A DNA stretch of 64,000 nucleotides from an uncultured Gemmatimonadales bacterium (GTDB lineage Bacteria; Gemmatimonadota; Gemmatimonadetes; Gemmatimonadales; GWC2-71-9), in assembly GCA_963798915.1 (NCBI GenBank), contig CAWCVB010000005.1:377291-441290 (forward strand), in the 5' to 3' direction. How positions within the stretch are numbered: position 1 is the first letter of the stretch; each line of letters opens with the position of its first letter. A model generated the notes under the pieces. That model ran no database searches. It was not told where the DNA came from and worked only from the letters and a program-made list of their open reading frames with translations. The position numbers and the translations under genes are program-made. Positions 9,376-18,851 of the stretch are shown piece after piece.

Positions 9376-9751
9376 GAGCAATGCGGCACGAAAGACGGGA
9401 CGGGACCACGAGGCGGCTCGCCGCCTGACTGGCGTGCGCGGCGGACAGGAAGGCGAGGCGCTGGCGCTCGACCGGGTGATTCATGAACGGGTCCGGCTCG
9501 CCATCGTCAGTGCGCTCGCGGTGAATTCCACGCTCTCGTTCAGCGAACTCAAGGCGCTGCTCGACGTCAGTGACGGTAACTTGAGCGTGCACGCCAGGAA
9601 ATTGGAGGAGGCTGGCTACGTCGCCTGCCGCAAGTCCTTCGATGGGCGGATGCCGCGCACCGAGTATTCACTCACCGCCGCCGGACGCCGGGCGCTCGAG
9701 CAGTATCTGTCGCACATGGAGGCCCTGATCGCCGCGACCAGAAGCGGCTGA
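9365..9751 (+). CDS. Winged-helix transcriptional regulator (HTH_34/ArsR-like)
   Basis: [52 protein letters not shown]. Confidence 0.9.
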   Translation: MVARSNAARKTGRDHEAARRLTGVRGGQEGEALALDRVIHERVRLAIVSALAVNSTLSFSELKALLDVSDGNLSVHARKLEEAGYVACRKSFDGRMPRTEYSLTAAGRRALEQYLSHMEALIAATRSG

Positions 9752-9770
9752 GCGGTGGTGGCTTTTTTTT
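9731..9770 (+). terminator. Possible intrinsic terminator after the regulator gene
   Basis: Imperfect stem GCCGCgACC / GGTgGTGGC followed by T8 (9763-9770). Confidence 0.4.
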
Positions 9771-9780
9771 GCCGTTGCAA

Positions 9781-9795
9781 CTTTGTGATACAAAG
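9781..9795. promoter_or_regulatory. Palindromic operator 2 upstream of uppS
   Basis: CTTTGT-GAT-ACAAAG; same CTTT-N7-AAAG geometry as 8749-8763. Confidence 0.7.
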
Positions 9796-9819
9796 CACTT
9801 ATTGGAAAGGACCGAGCCG

Positions 9820-10569
9820 ATGGCAGGAGAGTGGGCAGGCCGCCGCACAGGCCTGCATGTAGCGGTGATCATGGACGGCAACGGGCGCTGGGCCACCAGG
9901 CAGGGATTGCCCCGTGCCGCGGGCCACCGGGAAGGTGTGGAAGCCGTGCGCCGCCTGGTCGAGGGCGCACCCGGCGCCGGGATCAGCACGCTCACGCTGT
10001 ACGCCTTTTCCTCCGACAACTGGCAACGGCCCACGCGCGAAGTGCAATGGCTCATGCGCTTGTTTCGCGAATATCTGCGTGGGGAAACGGCGCGCTGTGT
10101 GGCGACCGGGACCCGGCTCAGCATCATAGGGCGGCGCGACCGCCTTGCCCCATCGGTGCTGCGACAGATCCAGCGTGCCGAGGCACAGACGGCTGAGGGT
10201 ACCCGGCTGCATCTCCGCGTTGCCGTCGACTATTCAGCGCGGGACGCCATCCTGCGAGCGGCCGCATGTGCCGGCACGGAGGAACTGACGCGCGAGCGCT
10301 TCGGCCGGCTCCTCGCCATTGCGGACCACGGTTCCACCCGCACGCCGGATGTCGACCTCCTGATCCGGACCGGTGGAGAACAACGCCTGAGCGACTTTCT
10401 GCTCTGGGAGTGCGCCTATGCAGAGCTGCTCTTTCTTCCCGTCATGTTTCCCGACTTTGCGGAGGCCGACCTGATGGCGGCGCTGCATGCCTTTCACGCT
10501 CGAGAGCGGCGCTTCGGCAGCCTCCAGGCCGTGCCCCAACCCGTCCAGACGGATCGGAGGATCTCCTGA
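9820..10569 (+). CDS. uppS: cis-prenyltransferase (polyprenyl diphosphate synthase, UppS family)
   Basis: [59 protein letters not shown]. Confidence 0.92.
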   Translation: MAGEWAGRRTGLHVAVIMDGNGRWATRQGLPRAAGHREGVEAVRRLVEGAPGAGISTLTLYAFSSDNWQRPTREVQWLMRLFREYLRGETARCVATGTRLSIIGRRDRLAPSVLRQIQRAEAQTAEGTRLHLRVAVDYSARDAILRAAACAGTEELTRERFGRLLAIADHGSTRTPDVDLLIRTGGEQRLSDFLLWECAYAELLFLPVMFPDFAEADLMAALHAFHARERRFGSLQAVPQPVQTDRRIS

Positions 10570-11148
10570 TGAGCACGCTCCTGCGCCTGGCCGGGCCGGT
10601 GCTATTCTTCGCAGCGGTCACCAGCCTCGTCGCGTTGCTGGCTCTGGGTGTAACCGTCCTGGCGCGCGGGAGGAGTCGCGCGACCCGGTGGGCGACGGCT
10701 GCCTGCGTGACGGTGCTCGCCACCTATGGGCTGGCAATCGCCGCCGGATGGCTGCTGGCGCCGCGGCGCACTCTCGCCATGGGGGAAGAAGTGTCGTTCT
10801 GTGGCCTCGACTGCCATCTGCACGTTGCGGTGCTCGATGTCGACGGCGCCCGCGTGCAGGTTCGTCTGCGAAGCGACGCGCGCCGGGCGCCAGAGTATCC
10901 GTCGCATCTCGACGTTCGCGCCGTGGACGATCGTGGCGCCGTCCTGCGTCCTCATGCCGGTCTGGGAATCGGGTCCGCTTCTGGCCGGCCGGCAGCATCA
11001 GGAGGAACTACAGTTTTCGCTGGCACCAGGCCGGCGCATCACGGGGCTGCGGGTCACCTGGGGTAGCTGGCTTGATTACCTGGTGCCGGGCCCGCAGAAC
11101 GCGATGGTGCAGTCGCGAACTTTGCTGACTGCTATCCCGCGCCTGTAA
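10569..11148 (+). CDS. Membrane-anchored hypothetical protein; apparent +1 frameshift at ~10964-10966
   Basis: Two N-terminal TM helices, FCGLDCHL motif; removing one G from CTGGGAATCG joins ORFs 10266..11066 and 10726..11148 into 192 aa. TGATG overlap with uppS. Confidence 0.65.
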
Positions 11149-11405
11149 TGTTGGCCTGTGGCGTGACTCACACCGGCCGGGGCACGGCGCTGATATCTTG
11201 CGGAGTGAAACGCGCGGGCGGTGGCCGGCGCGGCTGGGAGCGGAGACTGGACGTCTTGCACAAGCATGGGCAAAGGAGGCGACACATTCAGCAGGCACTG
11301 GCGCGCCAGCGCATCGGGACGGATTATAGGGGTGAAGCGCTGCCCGTTCTGGTGCCGCGGGGACGCGGCACAGCGGTCAGCGTCCGCTCGGGAGGACGAG
11401 TCCTC

Positions 11406-11753
11406 ATGCGCCTGGTTTTCGTGGTGCTTGGTCTTGGTGCCGGGACAGGCATTGGCTTTTTCAACGTCGGCACGGGAAACACGCTGGTGACGGCTGTCTT
11501 GCTGGCAGCCGCGGCATTCCTGCTCGCCGTGCTGCGCCCGGCATTTGCCTGGATGTCGGCCACGCTGGTCGGGCTCGGCGTGCCAGCTGCCTATCTCTGG
11601 GCCACCATTGCCGGCGCGGTGATCGACTACCCGCCGCAACCCAACCTTGCTGCCACCCTGCTTGCGCTTCTGCCCGCCGTGGCGGGGGCCCTCGTGGCGC
11701 TCGCTCTCCGGCGCGTCCTGCTGGGCGCCTCGGAGTCCCGTGTTCACCGCTGA
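11406..11753 (+). CDS. Small integral membrane protein
   Basis: GGAGGA RBS before ATG 11406; about 4 hydrophobic segments. Confidence 0.7.
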   Translation: MRLVFVVLGLGAGTGIGFFNVGTGNTLVTAVLLAAAAFLLAVLRPAFAWMSATLVGLGVPAAYLWATIAGAVIDYPPQPNLAATLLALLPAVAGALVALALRRVLLGASESRVHR

Positions 11754-11771
11754 TCCGCGCCACTTTCAGTC

Positions 11772-12641
11772 ATGTCCGCGCGTCCTGGGCGTCCTGAGGC
11801 GCGCATGACCGGTGGTCCGTCCGAGGCGCCCCGGATTTCCAGCAGGGTGCCGACGGCCCTCATCACCGGAGCCTCGACAGGAATCGGGCGCGAACTGGCA
11901 CGGCTGTTTGGCCGCGACGGGTTTGCGCTTGTGCTGGTGAGTCGGAGTGGCGACAAGCTCGCGACCGTGGCGACCGAACTGCGTGACGCGTATGGCGCCA
12001 CGGTCACCACGGTTCCTGCCGACCTTGGCGTGCCTGCTGAACTGGAGCGGCTCCTCTCCACGCTCGCGGCGTCCGATATTCGTGTGGATGTCCTCGTAAA
12101 CAATGCCGGGTTCGGCGGGGCGGGCCGATTCTCCGAGACGTCCTTGACGGATGAACTGGCCATGATCGCACTCAACGTGGATGCGCTCGTGACGCTGAGC
12201 AAGCGCCTCCTGCCGCCAATGCTGCAGACTCGCCGGGGCCGGATTCTCAATGTCGCCTCCACGGCGGCCTTTCAGCCTGGCCCCTTCCAGGCGGTGTATT
12301 TCGCGACCAAGGCGTTCGTGCTGTCCTTTTCGGAAGCGATCGCCGAGGAGTTGCGTGGCTCCGGCGTGACAGTGACAACGCTCTGTCCGGGGCCCACCGA
12401 GACCGGCTTCGCCCAGCGCGCCGGATTCCGCTCGTCGCCCATGATGGGTGCACGGATGGATGCCCGAAGCGTCGCGGAGGCGGCCTACACCGCGACGCTT
12501 CGGGGTGAGCGGATCGTGGTGCCCGGTGTCGTCAACAAGATGCACGCCCAGGCGGTCCGGCTTACGCCACGCGGGCTGCTGACGCGACTCGCCGGCGCTG
12601 CCCAGCAGCGGCGGATGGGGGCGGGGGATGAGGCGCCGTAG
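11772..12641 (+). CDS. Short-chain dehydrogenase/reductase (DltE-like); start may be 11805
   Basis: TGASTGIG, NNAGFG, YFATK catalytic motif. Confidence 0.92.
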   Translation: MSARPGRPEARMTGGPSEAPRISSRVPTALITGASTGIGRELARLFGRDGFALVLVSRSGDKLATVATELRDAYGATVTTVPADLGVPAELERLLSTLAASDIRVDVLVNNAGFGGAGRFSETSLTDELAMIALNVDALVTLSKRLLPPMLQTRRGRILNVASTAAFQPGPFQAVYFATKAFVLSFSEAIAEELRGSGVTVTTLCPGPTETGFAQRAGFRSSPMMGARMDARSVAEAAYTATLRGERIVVPGVVNKMHAQAVRLTPRGLLTRLAGAAQQRRMGAGDEAP

Positions 12642-12651
12642 GGGGCGGGCA

Positions 12652-15582
12652 TCAAATTCCCAGTTCAATCCCGATCCGTATCCGCCGCGGCGTGCCGTTG
12701 AGCCCCACTCCGTACGTCGCATCAAAAGCGGCGTTGACGGCCGCACGCTGCTCACCCACGGTGTAGACCCCGTCGCCATCGCCATAGCGCGCTTCGGCAC
12801 GACGGAGGGCCACGCAGTTGGGCGCGCCGCCGTGATTCCCGTTGATCGTGACCCATGACTGGCACGCATCAGGCGTGGACAGGTTCACGCTACCGTTCGT
12901 GTCGTCGTACGCTCCATTCATGAGGGCTTCGGTGCGGACCTCCCCGAGGCCATTCTGGACAGCCCGCTCGCGCGCAACGCCGACACTTCCCGAATCGCGC
13001 AAGGCACGAATGACATTGTGGAAATTGAGGGCGTTGCGCGCATCAATGAAGAACCGCGGTGCATACGCGGCGCTTCCCAGTGCCTTCGCGAACCGAAGGT
13101 CCAGCACTTTCCTCATTGGCAGGCGAGTATAGGCGGCGCTGATTCCGCCGATGCCGGTCGGGGGTGGGCAGGCCTGGTCCGAGTACGTGAGCGCCAAGGT
13201 GAGAGGGTACCCGCAGCCGAGGTAACTGGTTCCGCTCGCCAGCTGGAATCCTGCCCAGAGTTGTGAACGGGCCAGCCAGCCGGAGCGAAGCGCTGCGGGC
13301 GCGCGGATCTGGACCACGGCCAAGAGCATATGCGGCCGGCTCCACGCATTCCAGCTGGCATTCTCGAAAGTCTCGTCGGTATCGAGGTACTGGTAGCTGA
13401 GCATGGCGCCGAGCGTCGCCGTGGAGTAGTCGAGCGAGAAGGACGCACCCTGCGTCGCGTAATGCCCGATATCGACATATTGCCTGATCGAGGTCGGGCT
13501 GTCGTTGCGCGTGGGATTCCGGAGATTCACCAGTCGCGACAGGGCCACACTGTCGATCGTGCGGTGGAAGCCGACCAGGTCCAGCGACAGATCGTCGCCC
13601 AGCCGCTGGCGCACGCCCAGCTCCTCGTGCCAGCTGCGCTCGAACCCAAGATCCGTTCCGAAGATCTGCCCCGCACTGGTCAGGGTGAGATCAGTGTTGA
13701 TACCGGCATAGAGCTGGGCCAGGTCGGGCATGCGGACTTCGCGCGAAATGCCTCCTCGGAGGACGGTGCCCTCGCCAATCCGCAGTGACGCCCGGACGCG
13801 CGGACTCCAGGCCGCATGTCGCTGGTCCTCGATAGTACCTCGCAGGGGCAGGACCTCACCGTTGATCGTGGCCGTCTGCCCTTCCGCGCCATAGCTCGAG
13901 ATGGCGGGGTACTGCTGGTACGTGCCATAGTCGGGGTTGGCCTGTCCACTGCAACAAATGAAACCGACTGTATCGAGCGTAGCCGGCCGGTCGGCATTTG
14001 AGGAAAAGAAGTCGTAGCGCAGGCCCGCGGAGAGTTCCACGCGGTCATAGCTGAACTTCTGCTCGGCGTACACCGCGCCGCTGCGGGGATGCTCGATGTA
14101 AACGTCGGAGAAGATCTGGCTGGTCAGTTGGTGCTCATAATTGGTGACATCGTAGCGGGCGAAGGTGCCGCCCACACTGACCACGGAATTGCGGTTGACC
14201 TGCCAGGCAAGGTCTGCAAAACCGGTGGTCCGCCGTTCGTGGAAGAGTGCGAGCCCACCCACGGGACCGCCAGCTTCATAAAAGGGCGTGAGACCGCCGA
14301 ACCCATACAGGCCATAGGGACCGTCACGGTAGTTGTTCTGAAGATTGTATTGGTCCACATTGGCCAGGTCATAGGGCGAACGTCGGCTACCCTGCCGGTT
14401 GAGGCGATAATTGTTGACCAGCGCGGTATCGACGGGGAAACTCTCGAAGTCCCAGCGGAAATCGAGGCCGCCAAGCATGAGTCCCAGCGCCGGGTTCCGG
14501 GTCTTGCGTTCGCCTTCGGCAGTGAGTGGCCCATCCATGCGCTGGTTGGCCTGCCTGGAGACGCCCAGGCGGTAGGCACCCGGTGTCGGTCCGCGTCCCA
14601 ACTGGCCAGAGAGGGTGACTGCATAGACGCTCGCCAGTTGCTGGTCACCCCTGAGATTCGCGGGATTATTGATGTTGGAGTAATCGAAGAGTCGTGCGTC
14701 CGTGCGCGATTTGAGCGCCAGGAAGCCAAGCCGTGCCGTGCGGTTCAGGTCGAATTGGCCACTGACGGCGAAGCGATACCGGGACTGGGCCGACCGCGGC
14801 GTCCGGTCCCCGGTGCAGTCGGTGCCGTAATTGCTGGCGATCCCGGTATTGGCGCTGGCCTGGAAGGCGTCACAGTCGCCGCGAGTCACGCCCCACGCCG
14901 GCACGTCCACCACCAGCGTGTCGCTGAAGCTGTTCCCCGGGATGGCGGCGAAGCGGACGGTCGTATCGACGCCGAGTGGCGCGAAGATCGGGACGCTGCG
15001 CGCGTCGGTGCCGAAGTCGGCGCTCTTCTGCCCCATCAACGTGCCCGCCAGGAAGAGGCGATAATTGCGTCCCGTTGTACCGGCGTGGGCCTCGAAGCGG
15101 TTGATGCCAAGGCTGGAGGCGCCGAGCCAGCGGTCGGTGCTGTACGCGAAGCGGGCGCCCGCCGAGTCCAACCCTGTCGGCACTTCAAACTGCAGCGCAC
15201 GAGCGGCAGCGTAGCGGGCGGAAAGCGGACCAGTGACCGCCCATGCATTGCGAACGCCATTGGTGGGCAGCGCGACCCACGCGGTGCGAGTGCCGGGCGT
15301 GATGTCGATCCCGTTCACCAGCACGCCGGTCTGGCCCGGCTCGGCGCCGCGGACGGAAATGCCCCGAAGCGAACCATCCACACCCGGCAGGAAGAGCAGT
15401 GGGCCCTCCACGCTGTCCGCCGCCGCACCACCGAGACCATCGCTGGTCAGGTGCTGGACGGTGGACAGCGAATCCGGCCGGCGCAGCACGGAATCCGCCA
15501 GGGCAGGCACTCCTTGCGCGATCAATGCGGATGGCGCCAATAGCAGCAAGGCACACGACCATTGCCGGGCGGATGCGAACAT
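12652..15582 (-). CDS. TonB-dependent receptor-like outer membrane protein
   Basis: Signal peptide at ATG 15582, degenerate plug (ISVRG..VNGIDI..GPLSARY), barrel motifs (SAGLRYD, WSPRV, DARNALN), end RIRIGIELGI. Confidence 0.8.
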   Translation of the reverse strand: MFASARQWSCALLLLAPSALIAQGVPALADSVLRRPDSLSTVQHLTSDGLGGAAADSVEGPLLFLPGVDGSLRGISVRGAEPGQTGVLVNGIDITPGTRTAWVALPTNGVRNAWAVTGPLSARYAAARALQFEVPTGLDSAGARFAYSTDRWLGASSLGINRFEAHAGTTGRNYRLFLAGTLMGQKSADFGTDARSVPIFAPLGVDTTVRFAAIPGNSFSDTLVVDVPAWGVTRGDCDAFQASANTGIASNYGTDCTGDRTPRSAQSRYRFAVSGQFDLNRTARLGFLALKSRTDARLFDYSNINNPANLRGDQQLASVYAVTLSGQLGRGPTPGAYRLGVSRQANQRMDGPLTAEGERKTRNPALGLMLGGLDFRWDFESFPVDTALVNNYRLNRQGSRRSPYDLANVDQYNLQNNYRDGPYGLYGFGGLTPFYEAGGPVGGLALFHERRTTGFADLAWQVNRNSVVSVGGTFARYDVTNYEHQLTSQIFSDVYIEHPRSGAVYAEQKFSYDRVELSAGLRYDFFSSNADRPATLDTVGFICCSGQANPDYGTYQQYPAISSYGAEGQTATINGEVLPLRGTIEDQRHAAWSPRVRASLRIGEGTVLRGGISREVRMPDLAQLYAGINTDLTLTSAGQIFGTDLGFERSWHEELGVRQRLGDDLSLDLVGFHRTIDSVALSRLVNLRNPTRNDSPTSIRQYVDIGHYATQGASFSLDYSTATLGAMLSYQYLDTDETFENASWNAWSRPHMLLAVVQIRAPAALRSGWLARSQLWAGFQLASGTSYLGCGYPLTLALTYSDQACPPPTGIGGISAAYTRLPMRKVLDLRFAKALGSAAYAPRFFIDARNALNFHNVIRALRDSGSVGVARERAVQNGLGEVRTEALMNGAYDDTNGSVNLSTPDACQSWVTINGNHGGAPNCVALRRAEARYGDGDGVYTVGEQRAAVNAAFDATYGVGLNGTPRRIRIGIELGI

Positions 15583-15632
15583 CAGCTTTCTCCCGAGGAC
15601 AGGACTGACGGATGGATGGGCTAATATACGGC

Positions 15633-16502
15633 ATGCACGCACCAGAATCACGGAACGTGACGACGGCCACTTCGGATCTTCGCATGCCTGGGCGTCGCCG
15701 CCTGCTCGTTGGGGGCACGCTTGCGGCGTGCGGTCTTGCGCTGGACGGATTCGGGCTGGAAGCGGCTGAAGTACTGCTGACCCGCAGCGACCTTCCGGTA
15801 CCGGGCCTCGACCGGGCGTTTGAGGGGATGACGATCGCGCAGGTCAGCGACGTGCATTTTCCCGGCAATCATCGCGCGGCGCGCGAGGCACTCGGCATCC
15901 TGCGGCGAGAGAAGCCCGATGTGGTGATCTGTACCGGCGACCTCGTCGAGAATCACGCGGCACTCGGCATGCTGACCGAATTTGTTCGCGCCGCACGCGG
16001 TTCGCGTGCCACTATCGGGATTTTCGGTAACTGGGAACGCAAGAGCCACATTCGCGATGCCGAGCTCGCGGCAGCCTATCGAGCAGCGGGTGCGACCATG
16101 CTGCAGGACGCCCGGATGGTGTTGCGGGAGGGAGGGGGACGGCTGGGCATCGCCGGACTCGGTGATGCGCTCTACCGCGCGCCATCCCTCGGCCCGCAGA
16201 TTCTCGATCCCTCGCTGTCCGATGCCGATCTCTGGCTGGTGCACTGTCCGGCCTACGCCGAACGCATCCCGCATGTTTCCCGCCTGCCGGCTGCGATCAT
16301 TGCGGGCCACACCCATGGCGGCCAGATTCGTCTCCCGGGCTGGGTGCCGTACCGACCCATCGGCTCGGGCCGGTTTCTCGAAGGGTGGTACCGCGACACG
16401 CCGGCGCCGCTCTTCGTGACACGCGGCGTTGGCACCGTGGAAATCCGCGCACGCTTCTGCTGCCCACCTGAACTACCCATCTTCACGCTTCGGCGCGGTT
16501 GA
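15633..16502 (+). CDS. Metallophosphoesterase (YkuE-like)
   Basis: SDVH, GDLVE, GNWE, GHTHGGQI, TRGVG motifs; RRRLL Tat-like N-terminus. Confidence 0.88.
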   Translation: MHAPESRNVTTATSDLRMPGRRRLLVGGTLAACGLALDGFGLEAAEVLLTRSDLPVPGLDRAFEGMTIAQVSDVHFPGNHRAAREALGILRREKPDVVICTGDLVENHAALGMLTEFVRAARGSRATIGIFGNWERKSHIRDAELAAAYRAAGATMLQDARMVLREGGGRLGIAGLGDALYRAPSLGPQILDPSLSDADLWLVHCPAYAERIPHVSRLPAAIIAGHTHGGQIRLPGWVPYRPIGSGRFLEGWYRDTPAPLFVTRGVGTVEIRARFCCPPELPIFTLRRG

Positions 16503-17216
16503 TCACCAGGGCTGCGGCTTGCCCTGGTAGTCAATGAAGCACCCGCTGTCCTCCAGCCGGAGCCGATCCGCCATGGCGAGCAGGCCGCGTACCGAGTCGG
16601 CCGGCGACAGGGTAGCGTTACGGCCACCCATCTCGGTGCGCACCCACCCGGGCGTGATCGCTACCGCAATGATGCTGTCCCGGCGGAACTCCGCCGCGAA
16701 GCTTCGGGTCATGATATTGAGCGCCGCCTTGCTCGCGGCATAGGCATAGTCGCCGCCGTTCGTGCGATCAGAGACCGAGCCCAGCAGCGACGACAGGTTG
16801 AGAATCCGCGGCCGTGGCGCACGGCGGAGGAGGTCGAGCAGCGCCTGGATGACGAGCATCGGGCCGGCGGCGTTGACATCGTAGATCGTCGCCAGCTCGC
16901 GGCGCGACAGCGACGCGAACCCGGTCGCCGCGGCGTCCCAATGGTCCGAGTGCAGCGAATAGCGACCGGCGCTGTTAACCAGTATATCGATCGAGGGGAC
17001 GACGCCCTCCAGCGACCGGCGCACCGACTGGATGGATTCGTCGTCGGCGACGTCGCATGGGAGCGCAATGATGTGGTCACCATACGTCGAGCGCAGCTCG
17101 GCCACGGCGTCAGAGCGCCTGGCCGTGGCAATGACCCGGTCACCGCGCTCGGTGCACTGCCGTACCAGTTCCCGACCGATGCCGCGGTTGGCCCCGGTGA
17201 TGAATACGGTCTCCAC
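16503..17216 (-). CDS. SDR family oxidoreductase (C-factor/CsgA-like)
   Basis: ITGANRGIG, YAASKAALN, PGWVRTEMGG. Confidence 0.9.
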   Translation of the reverse strand: METVFITGANRGIGRELVRQCTERGDRVIATARRSDAVAELRSTYGDHIIALPCDVADDESIQSVRRSLEGVVPSIDILVNSAGRYSLHSDHWDAAATGFASLSRRELATIYDVNAAGPMLVIQALLDLLRRAPRPRILNLSSLLGSVSDRTNGGDYAYAASKAALNIMTRSFAAEFRRDSIIAVAITPGWVRTEMGGRNATLSPADSVRGLLAMADRLRLEDSGCFIDYQGKPQPW

Positions 17217-17218
17217 AA

Positions 17219-18043
17219 TTACTCCACGCCCGCAAGGTTATACATGGCGCGCCAGGCGGAGAAGGCGGCGAGGTAGTCGTCGTGTTGGTAGCGTACCGTG
17301 CGGCCGTCGATCCGTTCCGTACCGGGCACCAGCTGGGCCATGTCCGCCTGCACTGACCGGGCGTACTCGGTTTCGAAGATGACGGGCGTCCCGAAGCTGA
17401 AGACGGGATGGCTTCGCTGGAGCGCCTCGGCCACGCCAGCGCGGATGGCCTGGCGGGCCCGCTCGGGGGAGAGACTCCGCGCCGAGTATCGGCTGAGGGC
17501 GTACTTGACGGCAACGATGCCCACCTGCTCCCCCAGGAAGTCCACCGCCTCGGCGACAAGCGTATTGTCGCCGCTGGCAAACGCCACTGGAACGCCGTGA
17601 CATCCCGCAGCGGCCGCATTCAGCGCCAGCTCCCCGACCGGCCGGCCGTTGACGCGGACCTGATGAACTCGGTCGGTGTAGGTGTGGTCAATGACTGACT
17701 GGCGGGTGCCGGCCTGCCCGTGATAGCCGATGAAGCAGGCGGCATCAAAGCCTTCCTGGATGCCTTCCACCATGGAGAGGGTCTTCGGGCTTCCGCTGAT
17801 GAGCTCTGCCTCCGGGTGCAGTTCATCGGCGATGAGATTGCGCATCAGCCAGTGGCTGTCGTTGAGCACGATGCGGTCGGCACCGGCATCAAGGGCACCC
17901 TGAATGGCAGCGTTGGCCTCTCCCGTCATCAGCCGGCACGAACGCGCATACTCGGCGGCGGCGGCCGGATTGGTGGGATCGGTCTGGATCTCGTGCACGA
18001 CGCCGGCAATGCCTTCCATGTCCACTGAGAGATAGACCTTCAT
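17219..18043 (-). CDS. dppA: D-aminopeptidase, peptidase M55 family
   Basis: SVDMEGIAG, NDSH, GYHG, HT, GEL motifs. Confidence 0.92.
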   Translation of the reverse strand: MKVYLSVDMEGIAGVVHEIQTDPTNPAAAAEYARSCRLMTGEANAAIQGALDAGADRIVLNDSHWLMRNLIADELHPEAELISGSPKTLSMVEGIQEGFDAACFIGYHGQAGTRQSVIDHTYTDRVHQVRVNGRPVGELALNAAAAGCHGVPVAFASGDNTLVAEAVDFLGEQVGIVAVKYALSRYSARSLSPERARQAIRAGVAEALQRSHPVFSFGTPVIFETEYARSVQADMAQLVPGTERIDGRTVRYQHDDYLAAFSAWRAMYNLAGVE

Positions 18044-18113
18044 GCCGGCTCCGGCTTGCGGGAAGAAGAAGCATGGTGCTAGGCTCAAGGTACGCCTTCA
18101 TGGAGTGTGGAGC

Positions 18114-18518
18114 ATGCCTGCGTCCCTGCGGATGCTGATCCTGGCCGGACTGACTGTGCTCGCCGCCTGCGCCGGGCAGGGGCACCGCGCCCGCCAGCAT
18201 GGCCGCGCGTATACGGAATGGTTCTATCAGCGCGACTTCGCCTCGCTCTGGGCGCGATTCTCGCCCGAAATGAAGCAGACCTTCCCGTCGGCGGACGCCC
18301 TCGCGTCCTTCGCGGGCCGTACGGTGGCCGAGCTCGGGGCCGAGCAGGGAGCGGCGGTCGAGCAACTTTCCCACGAGGGCACACTCACGGTGTACTCCCG
18401 GCGGGCCCGCTTCGCGCGGTCGTCACGGCCGATGCTGCTGCAGTGGACCATGGCTCCGGACGGCACGGTCACTGGCTTCATGCTCCGACCGGCCGGGGAT
18501 TCCCTCCCGCCCGGCTAG
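18114..18518 (+). CDS. Hypothetical lipoprotein (DUF3887-like)
   Basis: Lipobox LAAC; DFASLWARFSPEMKQ and DGTVTGFMLRP pattern. Confidence 0.65.
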   Translation: MPASLRMLILAGLTVLAACAGQGHRARQHGRAYTEWFYQRDFASLWARFSPEMKQTFPSADALASFAGRTVAELGAEQGAAVEQLSHEGTLTVYSRRARFARSSRPMLLQWTMAPDGTVTGFMLRPAGDSLPPG

Positions 18519-18851
18519 TCAGAACACGCGGCCGCCGACCGGCACGTCGCGTTCCGGCACAAGCAACACAACATTGCCCGCAGGATCGGGCACGCCCAGC
18601 ACCAGCACCTCCGACTCAAAACCGGCGATGCGGCGGCTACCCAGATTCATGGCGGCAATGACCAATCGCCCCTCCAGGGCCTCAGCGCCATAGAGGCTGG
18701 TCAGCTGCGCGCTCGAGCGACGCTCACCCAGTGAGCCGAAGTCAATCCAGAGACAATAGGCCGGTTTCCGGGCCCTCGCGTTGGCCTCGACCCGGGTGAC
18801 ACGCCCTACCCGCAGGTCGAGGGTCTCGAACGCGTCGGCGCCGCTGGTCAC
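18519..18851 (-). CDS. csaA: tRNA-binding OB-fold protein / CsaA chaperone
   Basis: LDLRVGRV..ARKPAY.LWIDFG..SSAQLT..RIAGFESEVLVLG; GTGA overlap with phzF-like gene. Confidence 0.88.
   Translation of the reverse strand: MTSGADAFETLDLRVGRVTRVEANARARKPAYCLWIDFGSLGERRSSAQLTSLYGAEALEGRLVIAAMNLGSRRIAGFESEVLVLGVPDPAGNVVLLVPERDVPVGGRVF

Noticed and set aside
9785..9862. Alternative uppS start (GTG ATA CAA AGC ACT) inside operator 2
   Set aside because: Out of frame with uppS and stops after 25 codons; it would need a missing base that I cannot verify.
11260..11300. c-di-GMP-I riboswitch suggested by GGGCAAA
   Set aside because: The expected GNRA hairpin and GACGCAAA segment do not follow.
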